DNA of 64,000 nucleotides. Origin: Toensbergia leucococca. Lineage: Eukaryota. The stretch is from NCBI GenBank assembly GCA_022813965.1, contig JALDZS010000025.1, positions 62,001-126,000 on the forward strand. Direction: 5' to 3'. A program made the translations under genes and the position numbers. The number at the start of each line of letters is the position of its first letter. Positions within the stretch are counted from its first letter, which is position 1. The notes beneath the pieces are model-generated. The model searched no databases. It was not told the DNA's origin and saw only the letters and a list, made by a program, of their open reading frames with translations. Positions 47,901 through 59,790 of the stretch are shown here, piece after piece.

Positions 47901-49217
47901 CTAATTCAAGGCGCCTTTGATACTATCCAGCTTGCTATAATAAGCTTCTCCTCCTTTGAATACTGCCAGCAATTCACTATCTGTGCGGTCAAGAACGGAG
48001 ATATCCTCAAGAGGATTTGACTTCAAGATTAGAAAATCACACCAGAAGCCCTCTTTGATCTGTCCTGCCTTCTCCAAACCCATCATTTTTGCGGGGTTGA
48101 TGGTCGCACTCTGTAGAATATCCATCGGCAACAGGACTTTCGACCGAAGCGAAAACTCGTTTGATTGAAAGATCCCCAAAGGTCCCAGAAGGTCGGATCC
48201 GAAGCATATGGTAACGCCTGCGTCTTTTGCAATCTTCAATGACGCAAACCCTGCTTCCAAGACTGCTTTGTTCTTGGCCTTTGCACCAGCGGGCAGATAA
48301 TCCGCGATTGGGCCCTGGACCATTGCATTGTAGGTGACGAGGGTCGGCGTGAGGAATACATTTTTTTCGGCCATGAGCTTTGCTGTGGTACGTCCAGGAG
48401 ATTGCCGTGTTCAATTCCCATCACACCGTTGTCGATGGCATTGCGAATAGCCTCCGAGGTAAGGTATAGGCATGGCCTGTCACGTATTTACCAGCGGCTT
48501 TTGCTACAGAAGTGATGGCTCTTACCTCCTCAGGGGTAAATTGGATTTGCGTGACGCCATCGGTGGGACTGATCACTCCACCGCTACCCATAATCTTGAG
48601 GAAGTCCGCACCACGCCTTAATTCATCCCTTGCAGCATGGAGGCATTGAGGCACACCGTCACATATTCTAGCCAGTCCAGTGACTTGGCCACATCCACAT
48701 TCTGGAGGGGCGTGCTCATACGACGAACGGAAGTCGCCGTGTCCTCCTGTCTGGCTGAGAGCGTGTCCGGCAATTTGGAGGCGTGGTCCTGGAATCAGTC
48801 CGTCCTCGATGGATTCTTTCAGAGCCAAAGATGCACCGCCGGTATCTCGGACGGTAGTGAAGCCCCGAGAAAGAATATCTCGACACACGTAAGTGGTGCG
48901 GTAGAGAATGAGATGTTCGTGCACCATGAAACTAGGCCGCAAGTCTTTTTCGCCTGGCGAAGCAGTGATGTGGACGTGGGCATCGATCAAGCCGGGACAG
49001 AGGTATTTGCCTTGGAGGTCGACTATTTCTGAGACTGGGTTGTAGGGCTCTGAGAGGTGTCGGCATTAGTCGTGGCAGAGATAATGTGGCCATTTGAGGT
49101 ATGGACTGTTGCGTTGCGGAGAACTGTGCCATTGATAGTGTCGATGACATTGACATTTATGAGAATGTACGAGGTTGGCGTAGTAGATGGAAGCCAGGGT
49201 TTGAAGAACCGGTCCAT
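47901..49217 (-). pseudogene. Intronless metal-dependent amidohydrolase (Xaa-Pro dipeptidase-like), broken by three frameshifts
   Basis: IVDLQGKYLCPGLIDAHVH, GFTTVRDTGG, SQTGGHGD, KIMGSGGVISP, HAYT, IEHGN, FGSDLLG, SATINPA lie in four frame segments, with shifts near 49030, 48460 and 48390. Confidence 0.85.
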
Positions 49218-49585
49218 AATTAGGGTTATTCCGTCATTCTAGGGAACCCCCTGATTATATCAAAGGATCTTCGTCCTGTTTGCTGTGGAGATGAGTTGAG
49301 ATGGTCAATAATCGAGAATGTCGTCAATCATTTGAGAACTATTTGTGCGCTTGGATAACCTCCCATTTTTGTCCTAGATGCTTGTTGATTGGCCGAGGCA
49401 TAGTCGGGAGTGGACACTGAGATCTGCCATCCTCGATTTTGCTTCACACAACTCCCTTTCACTTATGTCTACCTACTCTAGTCCTTGGGACCAAGCCGTG
49501 TCGAGCACAAAAACAAGCCAAACACTCCAGAGCCAATGAATGCACCAACCCGGGGGTTGTAGACAAATGTATGTTGCAATAGAAG

Positions 49586-50453
49586 TCATGAAACTATCTT
49601 CGTCACCTTCTTGGCCTTTTTGACTCCCCCTTCTTTCGTCCTCTGATCCTTCCCTTTGTCGTTCGAGCTCTTCTTTACCTTCTTGGTTTTTACCTCCTCA
49701 CGAACCACAACCATTGCCGTCTTTTCAGCTTTATCAATCACTACACTCCTCTCCAGCTCGACTGATTTCACCTCGACCTCGCCATCTGTCAACGTCTTCT
49801 GCAGCGCTACCTGGTGCTCTTCCCCCTCCTGAACTTCCGCCTTCCCACTCACAACAATCTCCTTCGTCGTCCTCACCGGTACAGCCTCCACCCCCTTTAA
49901 ACCTCCCCCCTCAAAAACATACCCAATACCCTTCAACCTCTCTCCCATCTCCACCCTCCTCTTCCGTTCCCCCTCAACCCTCCTCTCCCACCCCTCCCTC
50001 CCCAATCCCCGCTCCAACTTCCTCCCCTCAATCCTCGCCCACGGTACAGCCTTAAACCTCCGATTGGCCCCTATCCATAATTTCTCATGCACCTGCTCCC
50101 TCGGCACAACTCTGCACTTCAAGATATGCCCAAAGAGGAGATAATTGTTCATGGTCGAGGCGACGATGGCGGCGACGCTTTCAGAGGCGAATTCGATAAA
50201 GGCGTAGTGTTTGGAGGCGCCGGTGCGGCGGTTGCGGGAGAGGCGGAGGCGGAGGATGGGGCCGAATTGGGTAAAGTAGGAGCGCATTTCATGCTCGTGG
50301 AAGCCGTGGGGGATGCGCCTGTTTTTTTTGGGAGTTGAGGATTCGTTATGCGGGTTGGGATGGGTGGGGGACTTACCCTACGTAGATGACACCTGGCTCG
50401 TTGCCTTTGGCTTTGGTGATCGCCGTTGTTGCATCTTTTATTGCCAGCGCCAT
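49586..50453 (-). CDS. NOP15: Nucleolar RRM protein Nop15 (NIFK)
   Basis: PGVIYVG-RIPHGFHEHEMRSYFTQFG..LRLSRNRRTGASKHYAFIEF..MNNYLLFGHILKC. 1 intron. Confidence 0.92.
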
Positions 50454-50800
50454 GGTGGGTTTCGAGAGGCTTCAAAGGATTTTGTGGTAGATAGCAAAGA
50501 TTGTCGTGGTAATTACAACCCGGCCGAGGGCCTAGATTTTCGTTTTTTACTTCGGTCTATTCTAGTGCGGTATTAATTTCAAGATATTCGCCCCGATAAA
50601 CACCCGCCCCCTTCTTGCGCTTCACGTTGTCGCTCTCCCTCTCAATACAAGATCCTTTATGTTCAAGCGCACTACCCCGTGCCAACACATGTGTTTGACA
50701 GACGTAGTCTCCGTACCAGACATTTCTTAGATAGTCGGTGTACCAAAGATTCCTGACCGGAACGAGATTGAAGAACCTGATATAGCCTGTTCCATAGTCT

Positions 50801-51521
50801 ATGGGCAAGAAAAAAAGACCCCTTACAGAGGCGGAAATATGGGACGATTCAGCCCTATTGAGCTCATGGGATGATGCACTAGCAGAGTACAAAGTGGGTG
50901 ATCCCCATGATTGAAGAGAGATTTACTAATGTGCGTGACAGCTTTATCACAGCATACATGCTCGCGGCGAACGGGTGGAAGACGTGCTGAGAGCAGTAGA
51001 GGAAGAGGGAAACAGTGACGGCGCTCTTTTCAAGGAACCTGTACCGGCGCCCGTGAACGGCATGGCCTCGGAGGCGCTGGAAGATGGCGAGCTGCAGGAG
51101 GAGCTTGAGGAGATTGAGGAGAATGTGACTCAAGCCGAATCTCACGCTATCTCTTCTCAGAAAGCTCATGTTCGTGTCCAGTATAACATCGTTCTAAATT
51201 ATAGCTAAATTCCAAATCAGGAAGATTCATCTACTCAGCCTCAAGCTTCCGAGCAGGTGATCGAGACAGATCCTATAAAGAACACATCCGGAATACCGGG
51301 TCTACCAGGAGCCATCATTGGAGGCGGTGAGGTTTCCCTTATGAAGATGAACTCAGCATCCTAGCTAAATTTACATCATAGTTGAGAATGAAGGACTCAA
51401 GAACCTCATGATGTCGTGGTACTATGCTGGATACTATACTGGCTTGTATGATGGACAACAACAAGTGATGCAAACGTCCACGCAAATCTCTAAAGATATG
51501 GAGGGTAAGGAAGGTAACTGA
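50801..51521 (+). CDS. SMN1: Survival motor neuron (SMN) protein
   Basis: EIWDDSALLSSWDDALAEYK (Gemin2-binding) and LKNLMMSWYYAGYYTGLYDG (YG box). 3 introns. Confidence 0.92.
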
Positions 51522-52083
51522 GACTTCCGGAATTCATCCAGGTACCCAGGAGTCAACTACACAAGTTCGACCTGTCCAGACCCAGCAGCTCAATATGAAG
51601 GTATGGAAACCACTCTTTTCTTGAGCGTTTGAGGATCAAGCAACCAAGAAAGCTGATCAAAATGGCTTGCAAGAATTGTGACCCGAATACAATCTGCAGA
51701 CTCTTGATGTCCAAACATATCCCGAGTGAATGCAGTTTGGCTTAGGTTCGGGAGATGTTTAACCTCTCCACTGCGTTGGTCACTGCACTAGATAGAAGTG
51801 GTAGTGTAAATGGCTTTTATTGTGTGGCCATAGATTACTCACCTTTCCCTATCTCGACTAAACAGGGGAAATGTGCAAAAGTGCTCGTGGAATCAGCTGC
51901 CTAAAACTTCTTTAATCTTTGCACCAAGCTGAAGAATACCACCATGATGCGCCCATGAGCATCTAGTCTAATGCCAACCCCTCTATAACCTCCAAATAGC
52001 TATTCCCCTGCTAAAGTTCGGCCCCAACTAGGATTCCACGCTGTCTCATGTATCACTGTTCACATATTTACATGTCCTGGCCA

Positions 52084-52460
52084 TTATTTCTTGTCTCCAC
52101 CAGCAGTCTGCTTCTTTGCATTTGCTATCTTTAATGTCAGCAGTGTACAGTATATCTTGTACAATACAGCGCATCCCACCTTCATCTTGCTTTTGTCGCA
52201 TAATCGCCGCCTGTTGCTCCTTTGTCCGCTGGAATTCCGTTCCGGTTTGCTTGCGAGTGGTCAGCCTTTTACGCTCCGATGATTGGCCAAAGCCGGCGAC
52301 GACTAACTATGTTCTTCTTTTTCTGGATACCATGTTGTTCAGCCTCAGAGCTTTGCAAGTCTATTGAAATTCTACTACGGAGTGATGCAAGGCTTACCAT
52401 GCCAGACTGTTCTTTTTGGTTCTTCTCACGGGCCTTGTCGCGCTGATTTCCACGAGCCAT
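52084..52460 (-). CDS. Small EDRK-rich factor (SERF/4F5)
   Basis: MARGNQRDKAREKNQK / KKKNI / QTGTEFQRTKEQQAAIMRQKQ. 3 introns including a 15-nt exon. Confidence 0.9.
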
Positions 52461-53315
52461 AGCTGTGATGATCAGATGTTCGCAATGGTTGTTTTACTGC
52501 TTGACGTTTGGCCGTTGAGGCTAGGATTGTGAGGACCAAATTATCAGGCGTAAGCAAGAAATGAGGCCAGTCGCAAAGAAAAATGTGGGATCTGCATGTA
52601 GAATATTACACAACCTCACTAATTTAGTGCAAGCTTTTACAAATCATCGAGACCGCTGCCTTGCGCCACACCTTGCGCCTCATTCGCCTCATCAAGATTA
52701 CTCTGGCTCCTGGGTACAGATGATTTCCTGCTGCCTCAGGAATCACCCAGGTAGGCTCTCTTGCTCTAGACTGGCAATGTCACATGACTCAATTGCCTTG
52801 GGCTCTCGTCGCGTGCCTCTACATCGTTTCTCAGTCCTTGAATCGACTCTCTCTTCAGTGGCTGTTCGAGTCTGTATTGCATGAGTCTTCTCCATAATCC
52901 AATGGTCCGTATTCCGACTCAGTGCCTTCGATCTTGCAAATACAATAGGCTGAAGTCTAATGAAATGGAGATCTCTACTTGCTAAAGATTTCTGCCGATG
53001 ATGTTGCCTTTGAAAAACATCAGGCTATCATATGATTGGCAATGCCAGGCATGCGCTCAATGTTTTGCTCGCCGCCTTGCCCCTTCCAAGGTTCCACATA
53101 AAGTTTCTCAGATGCAAAGGCGCCAAGGCAAACTGTGAGCCTTGGCTGCGATCTTTTTCATGCAAAATTGCATCAGAGTCATATGGTCAATTCTGTGTTG
53201 AAGGTGAGGAGATATCATGTATAAAGTCGACACCAAATTCTACGCTCCCACCATCTGACCTTACATTGGTTACATATCTCCAAACTATTACAGAAGATTA
53301 CATCTCGTCTTAATC

Positions 53316-53705
53316 ATGAAGCTCGCCCTATCAATCGGCTCTTTGCTTATGATCTGTTCCGTTGTCACTTCATTATCGGTCCCTAGTTCCCTACAAACAG
53401 TCACGGAAACAGAGGCCGAGGCGGGCCTCAGTCTCATCGAACCCATCACGACTTTCGACACTTTAGCTCTCACGTCGAGAGGCAGTGCCAGTGGGGACAG
53501 TTCTAGTGGAGGAAGCTCAACAAGCGAATCAACCAGCTCTTCGGGTGGTGACGGCGAAGGTTCTTCTGGGGGCTCATCGTCTTCTGGTAAAAAAGGATCT
53601 TCGTCTGGTGGATCTTCGGGCTCGAGCTCAATATCAAGTAAAATTGGCTTGTACTACGGATACTGGGTTGTGTGTGCTGCTACTGGTATCATGGTCTGGA
53701 TGTGA
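53316..53705 (+). CDS. Small secreted Ser/Gly-rich protein with hydrophobic C-terminus (possible GPI anchor)
   Basis: Signal MKLALSIGSLLMICSVVTS, S/G low-complexity core, C-terminal IGLYYGYWVVCAATGIMVWM. Confidence 0.75.
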   Translation: MKLALSIGSLLMICSVVTSLSVPSSLQTVTETEAEAGLSLIEPITTFDTLALTSRGSASGDSSSGGSSTSESTSSSGGDGEGSSGGSSSSGKKGSSSGGSSGSSSISSKIGLYYGYWVVCAATGIMVWM

Positions 53706-54861
53706 GGGTCGTACTCCAAGAAGATGAAGCGGGAAATACTTCGAAAGGCTTGCAAGATGGTCTTGGTCTTGGTATGATGCGACGACTCAGGCCTCTATTG
53801 AGTACAACGGATCAAGAAGGCGTTATCAAGTCTCTTTGATTATTTGCAACGGACATAGATTGAGTGAGCTCCAGGGGCAGGATGCAGATTTTGGTAGTTG
53901 GGCGCTCCTGAGATTTCAGGTCTTTTACAATGTCATTAATTCAGTCTCTAGAACGAATCTACTAGGAGCGATATCCTTAAATTGGACTAACTTACTGTTT
54001 CGACGGAGAGTTTGAGTACTTGAGAGACTTCATGTATTCAAGGTCTGCTTTTTGCTCAGGGGCAAAAGAAGGCTCGTTATTCTCTTCTAGGACTCTAGGT
54101 GCCTACGCGCACACGAATCCCGATGATGTGGTGTCAGAAGTCGTGTAAAGTAGATGTGTACGAGACATACTCGTACAGGTATTCCACGCTTCAACTCCTG
54201 ACTATGGCCATCACGTGCATGTCGTGGCCGGTGGGAGACTTGTATCGTATTCGTAAGCGCCCAGGACTTGAAACTGCAGGCGGCGGGCCACAGATCAACG
54301 ACAACCACTGAATCCTTCTTTGTCTCAAAACCTTCAATCCGGAGACTGAGAACAACTGAACAAGGTAGCATGCTGAACAAGGCCATGTCCTGCACCGGCG
54401 CATACATTTCTCGCTACCTTTGAAAGTCACGCTGTTCAGGGTATTCCGTCCAATCAAATGTCTTTATTGAAGCCATCGCGCTCTACAATAAGACAGCTAT
54501 TGTGGGGCAATGAACAATGACTTCGCTTTCTTCACGCGTTCTGAAAAGCTATTGACACGGCTTTCCTTTATTCACTTCGTCTTTGATCAGGCTATTCTTT
54601 GACTCTTCTCCCAATGTCCGTCCAATATCATCCGCCCAACCCTCTACACTCGACCACTTTGTAATTCTATCCTCTTTTCACTTGCATACTTATCACTACT
54701 TTCTTTCTTCGACTGTGTCGACTTCAACTTTCACTTCGCTACTTTCTCATCATCTCGACTTCACTTACTGCTGGACAGTCAAATCTAAATATCGGCCGTC
54801 TTCAAAACCTCGTCCACCGTCACCTCAGCTTTTTAGTCTATTCCCTGCATCTTCTCTCGTG

Positions 54862-55781
54862 ATGCCTTTCTTCAAGCGTTCTCTGGCTGGCCCAGGCTAC
54901 ATTGTCCTTAATGTAATCCGTGGTATGAACATTGTAGCTCTTTTAGCTGTCATTGCAGCAAGCTCTGTCATGCTCGTCAAGACTTTCATTGTGTCCAAGT
55001 TCTTCTTCTTTGACGCAATAAGTCACGTCGTTACCGCTGCTCTGAGTAGTAAGTTCTCCCCTCTGATTTTCTTTCCTACAAGCTGACCATATGCCAGTGT
55101 GCCTCATCATCACCGAGCTCTCTCTCTTTCGAAGCTATCTCACTCGAAACTGGCCTCTCCTAAGTCCATCCTCCGGTTTTGTTACTCTCGGCGTACTTAT
55201 GATCATTGTCGGCGTTTCGATCCTCGGAAACCTCAACAAACAAGCTACAAGTGAGAAGTCTCTCGGACTTTCTTTTTGGCGAATTGTGATATCCTCTGGA
55301 ATCGTTGTCGTATTTCTAGGTGTCATCAACATCTTTGTCGTAAGTCCCCAAATGCCCCTCCATACAAATCCCCTGTTCTTAGCATCCCCATTCTTTCCTG
55401 GGCCTTTGAATAAAGCAACATACTGACATCCACCTATAGAGCTACATGTTCCGTAATAAATCTCTTGGTGTCTCCGCCCGTATGACTCGCTCCCACGGCG
55501 CCGTTGCCCCTCAAAAAGTCGATCTCTACCGTTCCCCAACTTCCACCAACCGCCGCAAATCCTTCCGCCTCAACCGCTCAGACACCCTTCCATCCTACCA
55601 CACTAGTCCCCGGGCCGCCGCGGTCGAAACCCGCCAACAACCATCAGCACGCTTACCCCTGAACATCTCAGCACCGGTCAACGTCGAGCAGGGGCAGTTT
55701 GCAAAGTTCAAGGGAACTGCCGAGATACCAGCGAGGCCAGATCTAGCGCATCACCCTGCTCTAATGGGGGAGATGGTCTAA
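54862..55781 (+). CDS. Conserved fungal 4-TM membrane protein of unknown function
   Basis: SLAGPGYIVLNVIRGMNIV, FFFFDAISH, NWPLLSPSSGFVTLG, RPDLAHHPA. 2 introns. Confidence 0.85.
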
Positions 55782-56291
55782 ACGACGGGTAGAGAAGGGG
55801 TTGTGACAGGAAAGAGGATAATGTCGGACTGTGTGACTTCTTCCTGATGTTTTTATTCTCATCCTTGTCTTTTATGAGCAGCTGGCGTTACAGGTGGATT
55901 TTCTCGTGCGTTCTGCACTCCTTGACAGGAGCCTGGCTAGGGAAGGGGGCATTTGCGATGATACCATTATTTTCAGAAGGCGAGGAGGCGTAAAGACGGA
56001 CGATTGCATAGCCAAGTAAAATGCTAAGCATGAATTCACAATCCAAACCAAAAACTCATCTATCCAAGTCTATTCTTTGTTTTTCCCACCCAAGAGCCCG
56101 CCTCCATTCGAGCTGCAACCTTTTCAGATGAATTCTCCAAAGTATCCCCGGCAATGATACAAGCACCATGACATCTCAGGCAGGAAAATAATAATATGAA
56201 GAAGGCTCCTTAATTATACAAATGTCCGTCGAGAACTCAAAAGTACAAATTTCCACTCGCGTATATCTGCTGCACTTTGATCTTATCTTCC

Positions 56292-56410
56292 ACATACGAT
56301 CACAGACTGAGAAGAACTGGGCATCCCGTCCGCTCTGCCAAACATAACTCTCAGATCGGTCAATTAGTAGTTGGGTCGGTGACGACCAGCGAATCCTGAC
56401 TGTTGTATGT
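56292..56410 (+). rRNA. Dispersed 5S rRNA gene (119 nt)
   Basis: ACATACGATCAC...CATCCCGTCCGCTC...TTAGTAGTTGGGTCGGTGACGACCAGCGAATCC..TGTTGTATGT with complementary ends. TATA at about -30 (56262) and T-runs downstream. Confidence 0.95.
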
Positions 56411-57896
56411 TCTTTTTAGTCTTTTCTTTTTGGTTACTGTTTGACCGGTGGCTGTAGGTTGGTTGCATGAGACACGTTTGAGTGGAACACAGTTATTTTT
56501 GTGCTTTTTCACTGGTTATTTGAAGGAAGTTCAATTCCTAGCAGATGTCAGATAGTATCATACGCCCGTCAAGAGCTTATCTATATATTGTGACTAATGC
56601 TAGTTGAACTTAAGACCTTGGCGCGTGAGCAGCTGGCCAAAAGGCAGCTAGCTATACATAGTCATAATATGCAGTCAGTAAGACACTGAAGACAGTGCCT
56701 GCTCAGAAGGGGGGGTGATTGTCAGAGGTTGCGGCCGCCTTTGCATGCATATACAGAGGTAGTTGCGCTCGTATGAGCGCAAAGTAGTCTTTTGGCTCAA
56801 TTAGCGAGGTGGTCAATTATTAGAATAGTCGAATTGCATGTAAAAACCGTTGATTGAATAAATATTTAATTACAAAACACTTTATAAGAATTGCAAAGAC
56901 TTTGTGACTAAATGACCTTAATCAATAATCTCCCAATGTATCCCCGCACCCCGCAAATGAACAAGATTTATCACATCTATTCTAATTTCGGTAACGGCGC
57001 GACATGGTCTATGGTCCGTGCCACCCTTGATGTATTATTCTACTCTACCTACTCCATACCTACTACGTAGTAGACTTGACCCGCATCACTGCAGCAATCT
57101 ACAGTACTAGCACGGTACTAACATTGCCCAGATCGTCAACCACATAGAACACGAAGCAGTGACTACGACGAACTGACTCATATCCTCCATCAATCTACAT
57201 GCATAGCATTGTACATAAAACATAAAAGCGTCGCCGCCGTATCTTACAGCTCTTCAAGTTGCAGCAAAGACTGAAATGGTTCAAAAATGCATAAACCTCA
57301 TCCAGAACTTGTTATTTGGGTTCCTTAAGCTGAGCAATCAGAGTGAGTTGAGGAGTACAGTGCTTGAGGCTGGGCTGGGTAGGGCATGCCAATCTACCTT
57401 GATGTCAGGTCATCAGTCATGCCAAGATATTCTTGATCCGATATCTACCAATACAAATCCAGTACTGCGTGCCGCTGCAAAGGTATTTATCATACTTATC
57501 ATGATTGTAAATCCCATCGAAGCAGAGATATCGATAATGCAAGGACGGAAGTAATGTGAGTCGGAGGTGGCATGCATGAGAAGCCATCAACCCGCGAACT
57601 CGGCCGAGCGTCCCCGAAAGACGATATCAACTTCCTTTTTTTCTATAGTCGCACATATTCGAATAGCCACCCTCCATCCAATTCAGATCCGCATACATGG
57701 AATCAATTAGGGCATTTTCAGCCAGGATCGATTGGGCTATATTGATGAGTGAAAAGTTGAACAGTGCATCGAAAGAAATGTTAAATAAGAGCTTCCTCTT
57801 CTAAGTTTCCAGCTTTCTTTATATTTCTTTGGGATCTCAATTTACAGATTAAATACCTACTCTTTCAAACATCTGACCCACCTGTTCTCGTTCAAG

Positions 57897-58715
57897 ATGA
57901 AAATTTACAATGTAAGTAGAACAACGGATAGAGCGTAATGAAATATCTCCATGTTTATACTTTTTCCGTTTGGATAGCCACGAAATGTTTCGATTGGTGA
58001 TAGACCTATTACTGACCAGATTTGCTGGAAAAGGACATCGTTACGGAGGATACCTTGGTGGCGGATTCTTTTCCGATGAAAGCCATTGACGACACCGTGT
58101 ATGAAGTCGATTGCCTTCAGGTCGAAGTGGGTGGAGCCACCGGTGTTGTTGGTCAGTATTACATAAAAGGATCAAAGATCAAAGAGATCTATGGTATGCA
58201 AGGGAACCATTCCAGCTGATTGAGTGTGCCATGTATAGATTATGAAGGTCAAGAATCTCTCGACGATGCCACCGTCAACAATCTGGTTAGTTGTTTTCAA
58301 CTTCAGTCGACAGCTTTCGATAAGCGATCATTCCTTGCAACGTTCAAATGTCAGTCTGCTACTTTCACCAGAAGATCTACGCGGTTGGATAACATCGTAT
58401 AGTATACACGAAATCGGTCGTCGGACTCCTCGGAAAAAATGGTACGGATGAAGATGGTATCAAACAAGTTCAAGCGGGGATGGAAAATTACATGAAGAAT
58501 GTCATTCTCCCAAACTTTGAGAACTATGAGTGCTACACTGGGGAGTCCCAGAACTCCAAGGGCATGTATGTTTTGATCTCAATCCTTACCACTGCTGTTT
58601 TTTAATGTTACCTCTTAGGATTCCCTTGATGGCCTATCGCCCGGATGGCAAAACCCCATACTTCACGTTTTGGAAGTACGGTCTAGTCGAGATTGGCCTA
58701 CCTGATGGAAAGTAG
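57897..58715 (+). CDS. Divergent translationally controlled tumour protein (TCTP/Tma19) homologue
   Basis: MKIYN-DIVTEDTLVADSF..VYEVDC, VNNLVSCFQLQSTAFDKRSF, YTGESQNSKGM, YRPDGKTPYFTFWKYGL. 4 introns. Confidence 0.88.
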
Positions 58716-59429
58716 TTCGAGCCCACACTCCTTCTCGCTTGCTTAGATATCATGAGCATGAACGCATTGTTGAAGTTTGCCCTAAGGCACAAACACTAGG
58801 GTTCAGGGGTTAGTGTTAATAGCGCGTTCATATCAGCCAACGTTATTCAGAAAAGGCGCGCTCTCCAGGCTACTTCTTGATATTAATTTGAACTTCCTCT
58901 CTTTGCCTGCCCCAGTCCACCAGCGTCTGTGAAAGCTCCCCGTGCCATAGTCCGATTTGGTATCCATCCTCGTTTCTAATATCCCAGTCTTCTTAGGTTT
59001 ACGATTTACGCTTGTAGAAAGGACATTTGACTACTGAAATCAATGAAGCGCAAGACCGAATTTCGGGCTTAGTCTGGTCAACTGCTCAGCTCAACTGGAT
59101 GCTCTCCAAGAGGCAATATGTGGAATTAGGATGGCTCTTTTGGCTCATTATTGTGTTCCTCTCCCTTGCCCATGCTCAACTCTCAATCGTTCATAATTCC
59201 CATGATTGGCGTTTCTTAGGCTTTGTTCACATAGCTGGCCATACACGGGTTGATCGAGATCTCTGAAATCATTTGCTATACTGCAAGATGATCACATTTG
59301 AAGGGCGACAAGTTTTCATAATGTCACAAACAAAAGCTGGACTCTTGAACGGAGAAATGAAGGCAATGAAGTGATTCAAGAATGACCAATTCAAGGCAGC
59401 GAAAGCAAATCAAACCTCATTCAGTCATC

Positions 59430-59790
59430 CGGCACTACCTCTGCCAGGAGCTGCTCAAGTAGGAGCCTTTCAAATGAGTGTCACTCAGCTAGAATTCACT
59501 CAAGCAGCAAGTAGTATAGCCAGCCAGCTGTTCCTCAAGTAGGAGCAACTACCCAATCAGGAATCTTCAAACCAGGAGTCGTTCAACCAGCAGTATGCCA
59601 GTCGGTCGTTCCTCAACCAGATGTCACCCAATCAGGATTCGCTCAAGCAGGAGCGACCCGACCAGGGGCTGCTCAATCAACTCAAGCTGATACGTTTCCT
59701 TCCTCTGCAGTTCAGGCGATAATAGCCAGCGCCGTCCGCCAGGCAATTCAACAATACCAGCAACAATCGACACCGACTGTGGCTGCATAG
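59430..59790 (+). pseudogene. Degenerate 15-bp (pentapeptide xGxxQ) repeat coding remnant
   Basis: PGAAQ VGAFQ ... AVPQ VGATTQ SGIFK PGVVQ PAVCQ SVVPQ PDVTQ SGFAQ AGATR PGAAQ, with a frame change near 59510. Confidence 0.4.

Noticed and set aside
56763..56782. Hairpin TTGCGCTC-gtat-GAGCGCAA
   Set aside because: An 8-bp stem is expected by chance in 64 kb.
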